A stretch of 64,000 nt of DNA from Cyanophora paradoxa CCMP329 (GCA_004431415.1 QPMI01000503.1:62001-126000); one strand, 5' to 3'. Positions 35,694 to 48,449 are shown, numbered from the stretch's first letter. Program-made: numbers and translations. The notes: a model not told the origin generated them from the sequence alone.

Positions 35694-36229
35694 CAGTTCA
35701 AAGAGCAGCGTTGAATTCGAGTGGCGGGATGACACGACAACCGCACGGGTGCTAGCGTCTAGGGAAGAGGGGGGGGGGAGTGATATCAATTCGAGTAGCG
35801 GTAACTATAAACGCGGTGCTTATGGCGTCTAGGGAAGGGGGGGAGGAGGCTGAAATAACTGAAGGGAATGTACGAACCTTGGCTTGCATTTCGTTCTGTC
35901 TTGCATAGGGGTGTCTTCTGTCCTGCGCGCCGTGTTTTCGTGTTTTCGGCATCGCTCAGCCGCAGCTATAGCTAGCCGTTCGGGCCGGGGTAGTTTGCCG
36001 ATAAGCCGCAGCACCACGCGATGCTATAAGCGCTCTAGGCGTGCTAGTGCTGTCGCTGCGCTCTGCTAGTCGCTGCGATGATCGCAATCGTGCAAGGCGA
36101 ACGAAACCGAGCCTACCCCGGAGCGCCCCCGCAGGGCCCGCACGGCCCCGCAGGCCCGCGGAGCTAAGCAAACGATCCCAGCCTCACCACGCCTCGTTCG
36201 AGCTCGAGAAGCGCAGAAACAGCAGCAGC

Positions 36230-37978
36230 ATGGCCAAGGGAAGGGTGCGCGTACGCATGCAGCACTCCGATCGATCTCGCCGCGCGCGGGCGCGCATCCA
36301 CGAGGGCGCTAGCTAACGACGCCTCGAGCAGAAGAAGAGGCGTACGCATGTGACCACGACGTTGGAGGAGAACGCCGTGAAGATCCCGAAGTCGTTCGTC
36401 TTCTGCAAGGGCGAGGTCGGTCACGCCGTATATCCACGACGCCGTCCCGGCCTGGCCCCTCCGGGCACTCCCCTCGTCCCGGCGCGGCGGCCCACCCTCG
36501 CCGCAGCCTGCCCCGCCCGCCCGCCATCCCCCGCACTCGCCCGCCCAGCCCCGCGGCGCCCTCCCGCCGCCGCCCCGCCGCCGCCCCGCCCCCGCCCCCG
36601 CCAAGCCCGTCCTGTCGGCGGAAGAGATTCTGAGCCACGTGACGGCCGTGTACGCGGCCGTGGCCGGCGCGGTGTCGCCCACGGACGCCCAGACCAAGGT
36701 CTTCTGGCACGTCAAGAAGCTGAACCTCCCGGGGGACCACCCGCACCTCATCGCCGGCCTCGTCGTCTTCGGGCGGGAGTACCCCGAGCCGCTCGTGGCG
36801 GCAGCCTCCCGCGCCGTCGCGGGCCTCGTCCCGCAGCTCTTCGCCCCCGAGCAGCTCCTCGCCGGGCTCTCCATCGGCGCCGAGGGCGTGCTCGATTTCT
36901 ACTTGCGCAACGCCGAGGCGGGGCCCCGCGGCTGGCGGCCCCTCCTCCTCTTCGCCGCCCGCTGCGTCTGCTCCCGCGTCCTCCACCCCTCGGCCCTGCC
37001 CCGCATCCTTGCCCCCCTCGCCCCCTGCGGCCTCGCCGCCCAGTCGCCGCCACCTTCCTCCGCCTCGCCGCCGAGGAAATCGTGCGCCTCCCCGCACCCC
37101 TCCCTTGCGCTGTGCTGAACCCCGCCCAAGGGCGAGGACGGGGTGCGGGAGCTGCTCGTGGAGGGCTCCATCGACTTCCGCTCCTTCTTCCCCCCGTGGC
37201 GCGCGACAGCGACGACGTTCTCCTCGCCTTCCTCGCGGAGGCCGGCCTCCCCTCCCTCTGGAACTCCCTATCCCCTCCCTCGCCGAGCGCGCCGCCCGGC
37301 GGGCCGAGGAGGCGCCCCCTGCCCCGTCCGCCGCCGTCCGGCCCCGCCCCCGCCCCCGCCGGCCGTCGTACCCCCTCGGACGAGGAGGAGCGGCTGCTGG
37401 AGGAGGCCGTTGCGGCGCCTCTACACGCCGAGTTACTGAGGGGGGTACTCGACGAGGAGGACGTCCTCTCGGGCCCCCTGGCACCCCCCGTCCCCATTGC
37501 CGCTGCACTGGTCGTCCAGCACACACACCTCAGCCCCGTCCCGCCTTCGATCCCCCCGGGCCCGCCCCGCCGCCCATGTCCTTCCATCCGCGGGTGCCGC
37601 ACAGCCCCTCGCCCCCCTGTGCACTGTGTGCCCCGCTGACGCCCGGGCAGGCGCAGGAGCCGGAGGAGGAGAGCCTGGAGGCGTTCCAGGGGAGGCACCT
37701 GCTGTGCCCTATTTGTGGCGTGGCGTGGCTCAATCGCGACCCCGTCTCCCTCGACTGCGGCCACTGCTTCGTGCGCCGCGACCTCTTTGTACTCTCAATT
37801 GCGGCCCTGAATCTGCTCCCGTTTATGCCTTCCCGCTTCGCAGTGCAACCAGTGCCTCTAGAGGGTGATCCTGTACTACACAGAGGAAACCAAGCGGACG
37901 GGCGTCGTCCTCTTCCCGGCGTGCCCAACTTGCGCCCGCCCGTTCCGCCAACCGCGTCGGCTTGCCGGCTGGACGTGA
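36230..37978 (+). pseudogene. Chimeric PPAN(5')::MA3-RING pseudogene, unit 3
   Basis: PPAN start exons joined at CACGCCGTA|TATCCACGACG to the host-gene exon, out of frame; further indels downstream. Confidence 0.75.
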
Positions 37979-38217
37979 GATACTAGCTCGAATAACGAGG
38001 AAGTCAGGCGACCCACTTCCCGCGGCTCGGCAAAATGGATGCAGGCTTCGCTGAGCATTCCGTTGCCCAAATGTATGGGATTGCAGATATTAGAGCAGAG
38101 AGGGTAGGAGCAGAGAAGAGATCAGCTGCAGTGTACCAAGATGCTCGGAATGTTAGGGGTGGTAAGAGTGGGTGGCGAGCTGAAGGAAGTTAACGAGGCT
38201 GCTTAAGCTGCTGCTGA

Positions 38218-39172
38218 TCAAACACTCAAACGCAGACCCAAATATCTTGCGACAGCACGCCGACGTCGGTCTTTGGTGCCATGGAAAGGGTTTGGCTGGC
38301 CATAGAACTGGAGGACCGTTCCCAGCTGCTGGTTCGTGAGACCCAAGAAGTCGTCCCGATTCTGGATCTGAATAGCACAAGGCTGCCCGTTCGCGTTCAC
38401 TGGCATGGTGAAAGGGTCATCAAAGCCATCTCCCTTCACGTCGATGGTGTGTTAGTTCGTGCAGGAAATAGCGCGTATGCGCATGGAATACGAACCCGCG
38501 TGCCATTGTCCATCTGCACCGTTCAGCGCATGAGCGGCCGTTTGAACGCGTACGTGTCGCGTACCGCACGCACCCGGTTTAGGATCTGGTGCTGCTGATG
38601 CGATATACGCTGCATCTGCTGCTGCATCTGCTGCTGCTGCTGCTGCATCTGCTGCTGCATCTGCTGCTGCTGCTGCTGCATCTGCTGCATCTGCTGCTGG
38701 ATCGGCTGGATGTGCTGCACCTGTTGCAGGATCTGCTGCAGGACCTGATGAATCTGCGGGCAAGAGTCAACGCGCCGCTCGCGTGCCCTGGCCACTGTGC
38801 ACGTACGTTGGCGTTGTGTGGAGGCGCCGGGGCTGCGGCCGCTGCTGCGAAGACGCCGCTGGCCGCAGCGAGATGCTGCGACAGCAGGTTCATGTCGGCG
38901 GCGTTCAGAGCCATCAGTTCAAAGAGCAGCGTTGAATTCGAGTGGCGGGATGACACGACAACCGCACGGGTGCTAGCGTCTAGGGAAGAGGGGGGGGGAG
39001 TGATATCAATTCGAGTAGCGGTAACTATAAACGCGGTGCTTATGGCGTCTAGGGAAGGGGGGGAGGAGGCTGAAATAACTGAAGGGAATGTACGAACCTT
39101 GGCTTGCATTTCGTTCTGTCTTGCATAGGGGTGTCTTCTGTCCTGCGCGCCGTGTTTTCGTGTTTTCGGCAT
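38218..39172 (-). CDS. PolyQ Mug135-like protein copy 3
   Basis: As copy 2; the frame is open from MPKTRKHG (39172) through MALNAAD (38914). Confidence 0.6.
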
Positions 39173-39449
39173 CGCTCAGCCGCAGCTATAGCTAGCCGTT
39201 CGGGCCGGGGTAGTTTGCCGATAAGCCGCAGCACCGCGCGATGCTATAAGCGCTCTAGGCGTGCTAGTGCTGTCGCTGCGCTCTGCTAGTCGCTGCGATG
39301 ATCGCAATCGTGCAAGGCGAACGAAACCGAGCCTACCCCGGAGCGCCCCCGCAGGGCCCGCACGGCCCCGCAGGCCCGCGGAGCTAAGCAAACGATCCCA
39401 GCCTCACCACGCCTCGTTCGAGCTCGAGAAGCGCAGAAACAGCAGCAGC

Positions 39450-42072
39450 ATGGCCAAGGGAAGGGTGCGCGTACGCATGCAGCACTCCGATCGATCTCGC
39501 CGCGCGCGGGCGCGCATCCACGAGGGCGCTAGCTAACGACGCCTCGAGCAGAAGAAGAGGCGTACGCATGTGACCACGACGTTGGAGGAGAACGCCGTGA
39601 AGATCCCGAAGTCGTTCGTCTTCTGCAAGGGCGAGGTCGGTCACGCCGTATATCCACGACGCCGTCCCGGCCTGGCCCCTCCGGGCACTCCCCTCGTCCC
39701 GGCGCGGCGGCCCACCCTCGCCGCAGCCTGCCCCGCCCGCCCGCCATCCCCCGCACTCGCCCGCCCAGCCCCCGCGGCGCCCCTCCCGCCGCCGCCCCCG
39801 CCGCCGCCCCCGCCCCCGCCCCCGCCAAGCCCGTCCTGTCGGCGGAAGAGATTCTGAGCCACGTGACGGCCGTGTACGCGGCCGTGGCCGGCGCGGTGTC
39901 GCCCACGGACGCCCAGACCAAGGTCTTCTGGCACGTCAAGAAGCTGAACCTCCCGGGGGACCACCCGCACCTCATCGCCGGCCTCGTCGTCTTCGGGCGG
40001 GAGTACCCCGAGCCGCTCGTGGCGGCAGCCTCCCGCGCCGTCGCGGGCCTCGTCCCGCAGCTCTTCGCCCCCGAGCAGCTCCTCGCCGGGCTCTCCATTG
40101 GAGACGGGTACGAGAAAATTTCCCACCGCGTCGGCGCGCGGCTGGCTGCGGCCCGTCCATGGCGCCGCCGCTGTCGCTCAGCGTGACCAGCGTGAGGTAG
40201 GCGGCTGGCGCGCCGAGCGGCGGCGCGAAATGGGCGTCGAGTTGGCACCTCGGCAGCCGGCCTTGTCGCCGGCCATTCCGCAGGAGATTCAGGAGCGCGC
40301 GCGTCAGGGGTTAGCTTCTATGATGTCTCCGGCTCGGCGAGGAGTGCCGCGGGAGCGGTCGCGGCGACGTCGGCTGGCCGCAATGTCGGCCAGCTTTCGC
40401 GCAAAGCCCACGCCGCCATGCGCCGCAGCGTTAGTGAACGCGCGGTAGCCGTGGCGTGGCACACTGGCGCGGCGACGTGTTCCGTCAACACGCGGACGGC
40501 GCCCGGCCCCCGCTCCCTTGCTTGGCAGCTGGGGCTCATCGGCGCTCTCTCATTTCGTTCCGCTCCTCATCTCCTCGCAGTCGAGTCGCTAGATGGCGGT
40601 TCTTTTCCACATGCAGGGAAGCTCAGGTCTTTCCGTCGACTTTTGCTTGTCAGGCGTAGTGCCTCTCCTGCCCTCCGCTATACGTGGGTCTTCCCTAGGG
40701 CGGACTTCCACGTCTGGAGGGTGTTTGCGCGCTCTGTTTGCCTTCATCGGTCTGCGTAGGGCGCTGGGCTTTTTCTGCAGGTGTATCTTTCGGCCTCTCG
40801 CCCCATTTGTAGATATAGGACGTAGATAGAATTTCCCACCACTTAGACAGAGCACAGCACTCGACGGTCCTCAATGTTATCTAGTCGGAGAGATAAATTG
40901 GGCGATGTGAAACTCCTAGTAGTTGTTGTTGTGTGCTAATGCAAATCCTGCCGGGCTCTCCATCGGCGCCGAGGGCGTGCTCGATTTCTACTTGCGCAAC
41001 GCCGAGGCGGGGCCCCGCGGCTGGCGGCCCCTCCTCCTCTTCGCCGCCCGCTGCGTCTGCTCCCGCGTCCTCCACCCCTCGGCCCTGCCCCGCATCCTTG
41101 CCCCCCTCGCCCCCTGCGGCCTCGCCGCCCAGTCGCCGCCACCTTCCTCCGCCTCGCCGCCGAGGAAATCGTGCGCCTCCCCGCACCCCCTCCCTTGCGC
41201 TGTGCTGAACCCCGCCCAAGGGCGAGGACGGGGTGCGGGAGCTGCTCGTGGAGGGCTCCATCGACTTCCGCTCCTTCTTCCCCCCCGTGGCGCGCGACAG
41301 CGACGACGTTCTCCTCGCCTTCCTCGCGGAGGCCGGCCTCCCCTCCCTCTGGAACTCCCTATCCCCCTCCCTCGCCGAGCGCGCCGCCCGGCGGGCCGAG
41401 GAGGCGCCCCCTGCCCCGTCCGCCGCCGTCCGGCCCCCGCCCCCGCCCCCGCCGGCCGTCGTACCCCCCTCGGACGAGGAGGAGCGGCTGCTGGAGGAGG
41501 CCGTTGCGGCGCCTCTACACGCCGAGTTACTGAGGGGGGTACTCGACGAGGAGGACGTCCTCTCGGGCCCCCTGGCACCCCCCGTCCCCATTGCCGCTGC
41601 ACTGGTCGTCCAGCACACACACCTCAGCCCCGTCCCGCCTTCGATCCCCCCGGGCCCGCCCCGCCGCCCATGTCCTTCCATCCGCGGGTGCCGCACAGCC
41701 CCTCGCCTCCCTGTGCACTGTGTGCCCTGCTGACGCCCGGGCAGGCGCAGGAGCCGGAGGAGGAGAGCCTGGAGGCGTTCCAGGGGCGGCACTTGCTGTG
41801 CCCTATTTGTGGCGTGGCGTGGCTCAACCGCGACCCCGTCTCCCTCGACTGCGGCCACTGCTTCGTGCGCCGCGACCTCTTTGCACTCTCAATTGCGGCC
41901 CTGAATCTGCTCCCGTTTATGCATTCCCGCTTCGCAGTGCAACCAGTGCCTCCAGAGGGTGATCCTGTACTACACAGAGGAAACCAAGCGGACGGGCGTC
42001 GTCCTCTTCCCGGCGTGCCCAACTTGCGCCCGCCCGTTCCGCCAACCGCGTCGGCTTGCCGGCTGGACGTGA
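39450..42072 (+). pseudogene. Chimeric PPAN(5')::MA3-RING pseudogene, unit 4, interrupted by insertion
   Basis: Same junction as unit 3; 851-bp insertion in the MA3 exon. Confidence 0.75.
40099..40949. mobile_element. 851-bp non-autonomous insertion with 14-bp target-site duplication
   Basis: GCCGGGCTCTCCAT duplicated at 40085-40098 and 40950-40963; single copy at the empty site in the other four units. Confidence 0.9.
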
Positions 42073-42317
42073 GATACTAGCTCGAATAACGAGGAAGTCA
42101 GGCGACCCACTTCCCGCGGCTCGGCAAAATGGATGCAGGCTTCGCTGAGCATTCCGTTGCCCAAATGTATGGGATTGCAGATATTAGAGCAGAGAGGGTA
42201 GGAGCAGAGAAGAGATCAGCTGCAGTGTACCAAGATGCTCGGAATGTTAGGGGTGGTAAGAGTGGGTGGGCGGAACGAGCTGAAGAAAGTAAACGAGGCT
42301 GCTTAAGCTGCTGCTGA

Positions 42318-42960
42318 TCAAACACTCAAACGCAGACCCAAATATCTTGCGACAGCACGCCGACGTCGGTCTTTGGTGCCATGGAAAGGGTTTGGCTGGT
42401 CATAGAACTGGAGCACCTCTCCCAGCTGCTGGTTCGTGAGACCCAAGAAGTCGTCCCGATTCTGGATCTGAATAGCACAAGGCTGCCCGTTCGCGTTCAC
42501 TGGCATGGTGAAAGGGTCATCAAAGCCATCTCCCTTCACGTCGATGGTGTGTTAGTTCGTGCAGGAAATAGCGCGTATGCGCATGGAATACGAACCCGCG
42601 TGCCATTGTCCATCTGCACCGTTCAGCGCATGAGCGGCCGTTTGAATGCGTACGTGTCGCGTACCGCACGCACCCGGTTTAGGATCTGGTGCTGCTGATG
42701 CGAAATCTGCTGCTGCTGCTGCATCATCTGCTGGATCTGTAGCTGCATCGGCTGGATCTGCTGGACCTGTTGCAGGATCTGCTGCAGGACCTGATGAATC
42801 TGCGGGCAAGAGTCAACGCGCCGCTCGCGTGCCCTGGCCACTGTGCACGTACGTTGGCGTTGTGTGGAGGCGCCGGGGCTGCGGCTGCTGCTGCGAAGAC
42901 GCCGCTGGCTGCAGCGAGATGCTGCGACAGCAGGTTCATGTCGGCGGCGTTCAGAGCCAT
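42318..42960 (-). CDS. PolyQ Mug135-like protein copy 4 (possible upstream start 43228)
   Basis: Q-tract of the copy 1 type; intact last exon of the copy 2/3 type. Confidence 0.6.
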
Positions 42961-43508
42961 CAGTTCAAAGAGCAGCGTTGAATTCGAGTGGCGGGATGAC
43001 ACGACAACCGCGCGGGTGCTAGCGTCTAGGGAACTTAAGGGAAGAGGGGGGGGGAGTGATATCAATTCGAGTAGCGGTAACTATAAACGCGGTGCTTATG
43101 GCGTCTAGGGAAGGGGGGGAGGAGGCTGAAATAACTGAAGGGAATGTACGAACCTTGGCTTGCATTTCGTTCTGTCTTGCATAGGGGTGTCTTCTGTCCT
43201 GCGCGCCGTGTTTTCGTGTTTTCGGCATCGCTCAGCCGCAGCTATAGCTAGCCGTTCGGGCCGGGGTAGTTTGCCGATAAGCCGCAGCACCGCGCGATGC
43301 TATAACTAGCGCTCTAGGCGTGCTAGTGCTGTCGCTGCGCTCTGCTAGTCGCTGCGATGATCGCAATCGTGCAAGGCGAACGAAACCGAGCCTACCCCGG
43401 AGCGCCCCCGCAGGGCCCGCACGGCCCCGCAGGCCCGCGGAGCTAAGCAAACGATCCCAGCCTCACCACGCCTCGTTCGAGCTCGAGAAGCGCAGAAACA
43501 GCAGCAGC

Positions 43509-45269
43509 ATGGCCAAGGGAAGGGTGCGCGTACGCATGCAGCACTCCGATCGATCTCGCCGCGCGCGGGCGCGCATCCACGAGGGCGCTAGCTAACGACG
43601 CCTCGAGCAGAAGAAGAGGCGTACGCATGTGACCACGACGTTGGAGGAGAACGCCGTGAAGATCCCGAAGTCGTTCGTCTTCTGCAAGGGCGAGGTCGGT
43701 CACGCCGTATATCCACGACGCCGTCCCGGCCTGGCCCCTCCGGGCACTCCCCCTCGTCCCGGCGCGGCGGCCCACCCTCGCCGCAGCCTGCCCCGCCCGC
43801 CCGCCATCCCCCGCACTCGCCCGCCCCAGCCCCCGCGGCGCCCCTCCCGCCGCCGCCCCCGCCGCCGCCCCCGCCCCCGCCCCCCGCCAAGCCCGTCCTG
43901 TCGGCGGAAGAGATTCTGAGCCACGTGACGGCCGTGTACGCGGCCGTGGCCGGCGCGGTGTCGCCCACGGACGCCCAGACCAAGGTCTTCTGGCACGTCA
44001 AGAAGCTGAACCTCCCGGGGGACCACCCGCACCTCATCGCCGGCCTCGTCGTCTTCGGGCGGGAGTACCCCGAGCCGCTCGTGGCGGCAGCCTCCCGCGC
44101 CGTCGCGGGCCTCGTCCCGCAGCTCTTCGCCCCCGAGCAGCTCCTCGCCGGGCTCTCCATCGGCGCCGAGGGCGTGCTCGATTTCTACTTGCGCAACGCC
44201 GAGGCGGGGCCCCGCGGCTGGCGGCCCCTCCTCCTCTTCGCCGCCCGCTGCGTCTGCTCCCGCGTCCTCCACCCCTCGGCCCTGCCCCGCATCCTTGCCC
44301 CCCTCGCCCCCTGCGGCCTCGCCGCCCAGTCGCCGCCACCTTCCTCCGCCTCGCCGCCGAGGAAATCGTGCGCCTCCCCGCACCCCCTCCCTTGCGCTGT
44401 GCTGAACCCCGCCCAAGGGCGAGGACGGGGTGCGGGAGCTGCTCGTGGAGGGCTCCATCGACTTCCGCTCCTTCTTCCCCCCCGTGGCGCGCGACAGCGA
44501 CGACGTTCTCCTCGCCTTCCTCGCGGAGGCCGGCCTCCCCTCCCTCTGGAACTCCCTATCCCCCTCCCTCGCCGAGCGCGCCGCCCGGCGGGCCGAGGAG
44601 GCGCCCCCTGCCCCGTCCGCCGCCGTCCGGCCCCCGCCCCCGCCCCCGCCGGCCGTCGTACCCCCCTCGGACGAGGAGGAGCGGCTGCTGGAGGAGGCCG
44701 TTGCGGCGCCTCTACACGCCGAGTTACTGAGGGGGGTACTCGACGAGGAGGACGTCCTCTCGGGCCCCCTGGCACCCCCCGTCCCCATTGCCGCTGCACT
44801 GGTCGTCCAGCACACACACCTCAGCCCCGTCCCGCCTTCGATCCCCCCGGGCCCGCCCCGCCGCCCATGTCCTTCCATCCGCGGGTGCCGCACAGCCCCT
44901 CGCCCCCCTGTGCACTGTGTGCCCCGCTGACGCCCGGGCAGGCGCAGGAGCCGGAGGAGGAGAGCCTGGAGGCGTTCCAGGGGAGGCACCTGCTGTGCCC
45001 TATTTGTGGCGTGGCGTGGCTCAATCGCGACCCCGTCTCCCTCGACTGCGGCCACTGCTTCGTGCGCCGCGACCTCTTTGCACTCTCAATTGCGGCCCTG
45101 AATCTGCTCCCGTTTATGCATTCCCGCTTCGCAGTGCAACCAGTGCCTCTAGAGGGTGATCCTGTACTACACAGAGGAAACCAAGCGGACGGGCGTCGTC
45201 CTCTTCCCGGCGTGCCCAACTTGCGCCCGCCCGTTCCGCCAACCGCGTCGGCTTGCCGGCTGGACGTGA
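43509..45269 (+). pseudogene. Chimeric PPAN(5')::MA3-RING pseudogene, unit 5
   Basis: Same junction; shares the 1-nt deletion (CCCAGTCGCC vs CCCAAGTCGCC) with units 3-4. Confidence 0.75.
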
Positions 45270-45514
45270 GATACTAGCTCGAATAACGAGGAAGCCAGGT
45301 GACCCACTTCCCCCGGCTCGGCAAAATGGATGCAGGCTTCGCTGAGCATTCCGTTGCCCAAATGTATGGGATTGCAGATATTAGAGCAGAGAGGGTAGGA
45401 GCAGAGAAGAGATCAGCTGCAGTGTACCAAGATGCTCGGAATGTTAGGGGTGGTAAGAGTGGGTGGGCGGAACGAGCTGAAGAAAGTAAACGAGGCTGCT
45501 TAAGCTGCTGCTGA

Positions 45515-46097
45515 TCAAACACTCAAACGCAGACCCAAATATCTTGCGACAGCACGCCGACGTCGGTCTTTGGTGCCATGGAAAGGGTTTGGCTGGTCAT
45601 AGAACTGAAGCACCTCTCCCAGTTGCTGATTCGTGAGACCCAAGAAGTCGTCCCGATTCTGGATCTGAATAGCACAAGGCTGCCCGTTCGCGTTCACTGG
45701 CATGGTGAAAGGGTCATCAAAGCCATCTCCCTACACGGTGACGGAGTGTTAGTCTGCAGCGCCGGCTGTTCGCGGATGCGCACTCATACGCCCCCGCGTG
45801 TCGTTGTCCATCTGCACCGTACGTATAAAGCGCATGAGTGGCCGTTTGAACGCGTACGTGTCGCGTACCGCACGCACCCGGTTTAGGATCTGGTGCTGCT
45901 GATGCGAAATCTGCTGGACCTGTTGCAGGATCTGCTGCAGGATCTGATGAATCTGCGGGCAAGAGTCAACGTGCCGCTCGCAGCGCGTCGCCTGGCCACT
46001 GCGTACGTACGTTGGCGTCCGGCGCCGGGGCCGTGGCGTTCTGTCTTGAATAGGGGTGCTCTCTGTCTTGCGCGCCGTGTTTTCGTGTTTTCGGCAT
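45515..46097 (-). CDS. Short Mug135-like protein copy 5 (minimal Q tract)
   Basis: In-frame exon 1 MPKTRKHGAQDREHPYSRQNATAPAPDAN, then IHQILQQILQQVQQISHQQHQILNR and an intact last exon. Confidence 0.55.
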
Positions 46098-46366
46098 CAC
46101 TTAGCCGCAGCTAGCCGTTCGGACCGGGGTTGTTCGCCGATAAGCCGCAGCACCGAGCGCTGCTATAACTAGCGCTCTATACTTGCCTAAGCTGCTGTGT
46201 GCGCTCATGTGCTTTGGCAAAGCTGAGGTTGGCTGGTGAGCAAAGCGAACGAAACCAAGCGTACCCCCAATCGCCTGGAGGCCCAGTGGAGGGCTCCGCA
46301 GCTAAGCCATAACCCTATCCTAAGCACGCCTCGTTCTAGCTCGAGAAGCGCACAAAGAGCAGCATT

Positions 46367-48449
46367 ATGGCCAAGGGAAGGGTGCGCGTACGCGTGCTGC
46401 ACTCCGATCGATCTCGCCGCGCGCTGGCGCGCATCCACGAGGGCGCTAGCTGACGACGCCTCGAGCAGAAGAAGAGGCGTACGCATGTGACCACGACGCC
46501 GGAGGAGAACGCCATTAAGATCCCGAAGTCGTTCGTCTTCTGCAAGGGAGAGGTCGGTCACGCCGTACGCGAGCTGATGGAGGATCTGCGCCTCGTGATG
46601 GAGCCCAATACGGCGCGGAAGCTCAAAGTGAGCGCTTGCCTATCTGCGCGAGCGCAGCGCGCCCCGTGTCTGAGCGCTGGCTGCAGGTGCGCAAGACGAA
46701 CAAGATCAAGGACTTCGTGCACGTGGCAGGACCGCTAGGTGTTTCGCACTTCCTTGTGCTGACCTGCACCGACGTCGGCACGTACCTGCGAGCCATCAAG
46801 GTCCCGCACGGGCCGACGCTCACGTTTCGGCTGTGCTCGTACTCGACGACCGCGGATGTGCACGCGCTCCAGAAGCGGCCGCACTCTCCAGGGAATGAGT
46901 TCCGAACCGCGCCGCTGGTGCGACTTACTGTCGCGTTGCGTCTGTGGCGCCGGCTAAGCTTTTGATCGCGCAGGTGGTGCTCAGCAACTTCGGCGGGGCG
47001 CAGGAAAAGCACGTGCAGCTTATGGCAGTAGTGTTCCAGAATATGTTCCCGTCTATTAACGTCCAAACCGTGCGTCGCTGCACTCGCTCTCTCTCGCATC
47101 GACATCTCCGTGAGCCCCTCCCCAGGTCAAGCTGTCCGAATGTAGGCGCATTGTATTGCTACACTACGACAAGGTTCACGCGGCGTTTTTTCAATGTCGA
47201 TCGATTTCATGCATCTCACATGGCTGTTCTTCTTATTGCAGGAGCAGGATAAGGTCGAGTTCAGGCACTATGCCATCACAGCTTCCCCCGTTGGCATCTC
47301 CAAGACTGTAAAGCGGGTCGTTCAGGTCTGCGTGTGCCCGAATCATGTCCGTTCGTATCATCTTATTGCTAATTCCGCGTTGCTGGGCAGGCAAAGATTC
47401 CCTCACTGTCAAACTTTGAGGACGTATCCGAATACGTTATGAAGAGTGGCTACGCTTCAGACAGCGATGTCGAGGATGGTCCGGACAGTCGTGTGACTCT
47501 GTCCCAGGTTCTTGCTTGAAAGGATGACGCACCTTGGTTGCTTTCGACTCACTGAGAGCAGAATTATGTCGGCCGTGGCAATCGCGCCTCTCAATTGAGT
47601 GCTATTCGACTGGTGGAGCTTGGTCCGAGGATGCAGCTCGAACTTGTAAAAATTGAGGACCAGCTTTGCACAGGCGAGGTCATGTATCACCGCTATGGTA
47701 CACCCCTTGCAAAATTGTTTTCATCCAGATATTGACCCCTCATTGCAGTACACAAGACAGCAGAGGAGGTCGCAGCTGCAGAGAAGTTACGGGAGGAGAA
47801 GAAGCTAGAGAAGGCCAGGAGACGTGCCCAGCAGGAGGCGAATGTAGCAAGGAAAAAGAAGCAGACAAGTGGCAGCGAGGATGAGGGTGAGCGGAGTGGC
47901 GAAAAGAAGAAGAAGAAGGTGCTTGATGCACATGGTTTTCCTTCTTGCTCTGTCTCATTTCTACTTGTAGACCTTCGAGAATGAGCCTGACTTGGAAGAG
48001 GATGACGATGCAGCATATTACCGTGAGGCTGTTGGTGCTGAGCCTGACCCTGGTTTGTGCCCGACTGAGCCAACGGCTCTTGCACTTCCTGACCTTTCGT
48101 AAACAGATGAGCTCATCTCAAAGAGGAGGAGCTCTGACGGCGGGAAAAAGAAGGTCGGCCTGATGTGCTTGCTTTCTCTTGCATATTTTGAGTGTGATCA
48201 CATGTCATTTCCACGCAGTTCAATCCGCTTTACAAGCGGAAGAAATCATCAGAGGGCAAGGATGGTGGAGACGGGTCATCAAGGAGGCCGATGGGCAAGC
48301 ATCGGCAGGCAGGGGGTGCTGGTTTCAAGCGGAAAGGGGGCCAGCAGGGTGATAAATCGAAGAGTCCATCTGCAGCAGGCGGCAAGCGGAAAACCCCCCA
48401 GAAGGGCTCCCTGCCTGGTCAGCGTCCCATGAAGAGAAAGAAGCACTAG
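46367..48449 (+). CDS. PPAN: Peter Pan / SSF1 Brix-domain ribosome biogenesis protein
   Basis: MAKGR/KKRRTH..PKSFV..DLRLVMEPNTARKLK..KDFVHVAGPLGVSHF..PHGPTLTF..QNMFPSINV..FRHYAI..ELGPRMQLELVKIEDQLCTGEVMYH. Confidence 0.96.

Larger units (their letters stand above)
27228..46570. repeat. Five-unit tandem segmental amplification (3' half of MA3-RING gene / Mug135-like gene / PPAN 5' end)
   Basis: Near-identical 3-4.5 kb units with junctions at ~32240, 36430, 39650 and 43709; the last unit continues into intact PPAN. Confidence 0.92.

Noticed and set aside
35795-35830. GTAACTATAA.. similarity to the LSU rRNA I-CeuI site, and TAGGGATA in the repeat arm similar to the I-SceI site
   Set aside because: Short partial matches, not conserved in the paralog at ~31235, and no rRNA context.
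36431-37560. Many unit-specific 1-nt frameshifts as biological events
   Set aside because: They cluster in C/G homopolymers, typical of long-read consensus error; only indels shared among units were used.
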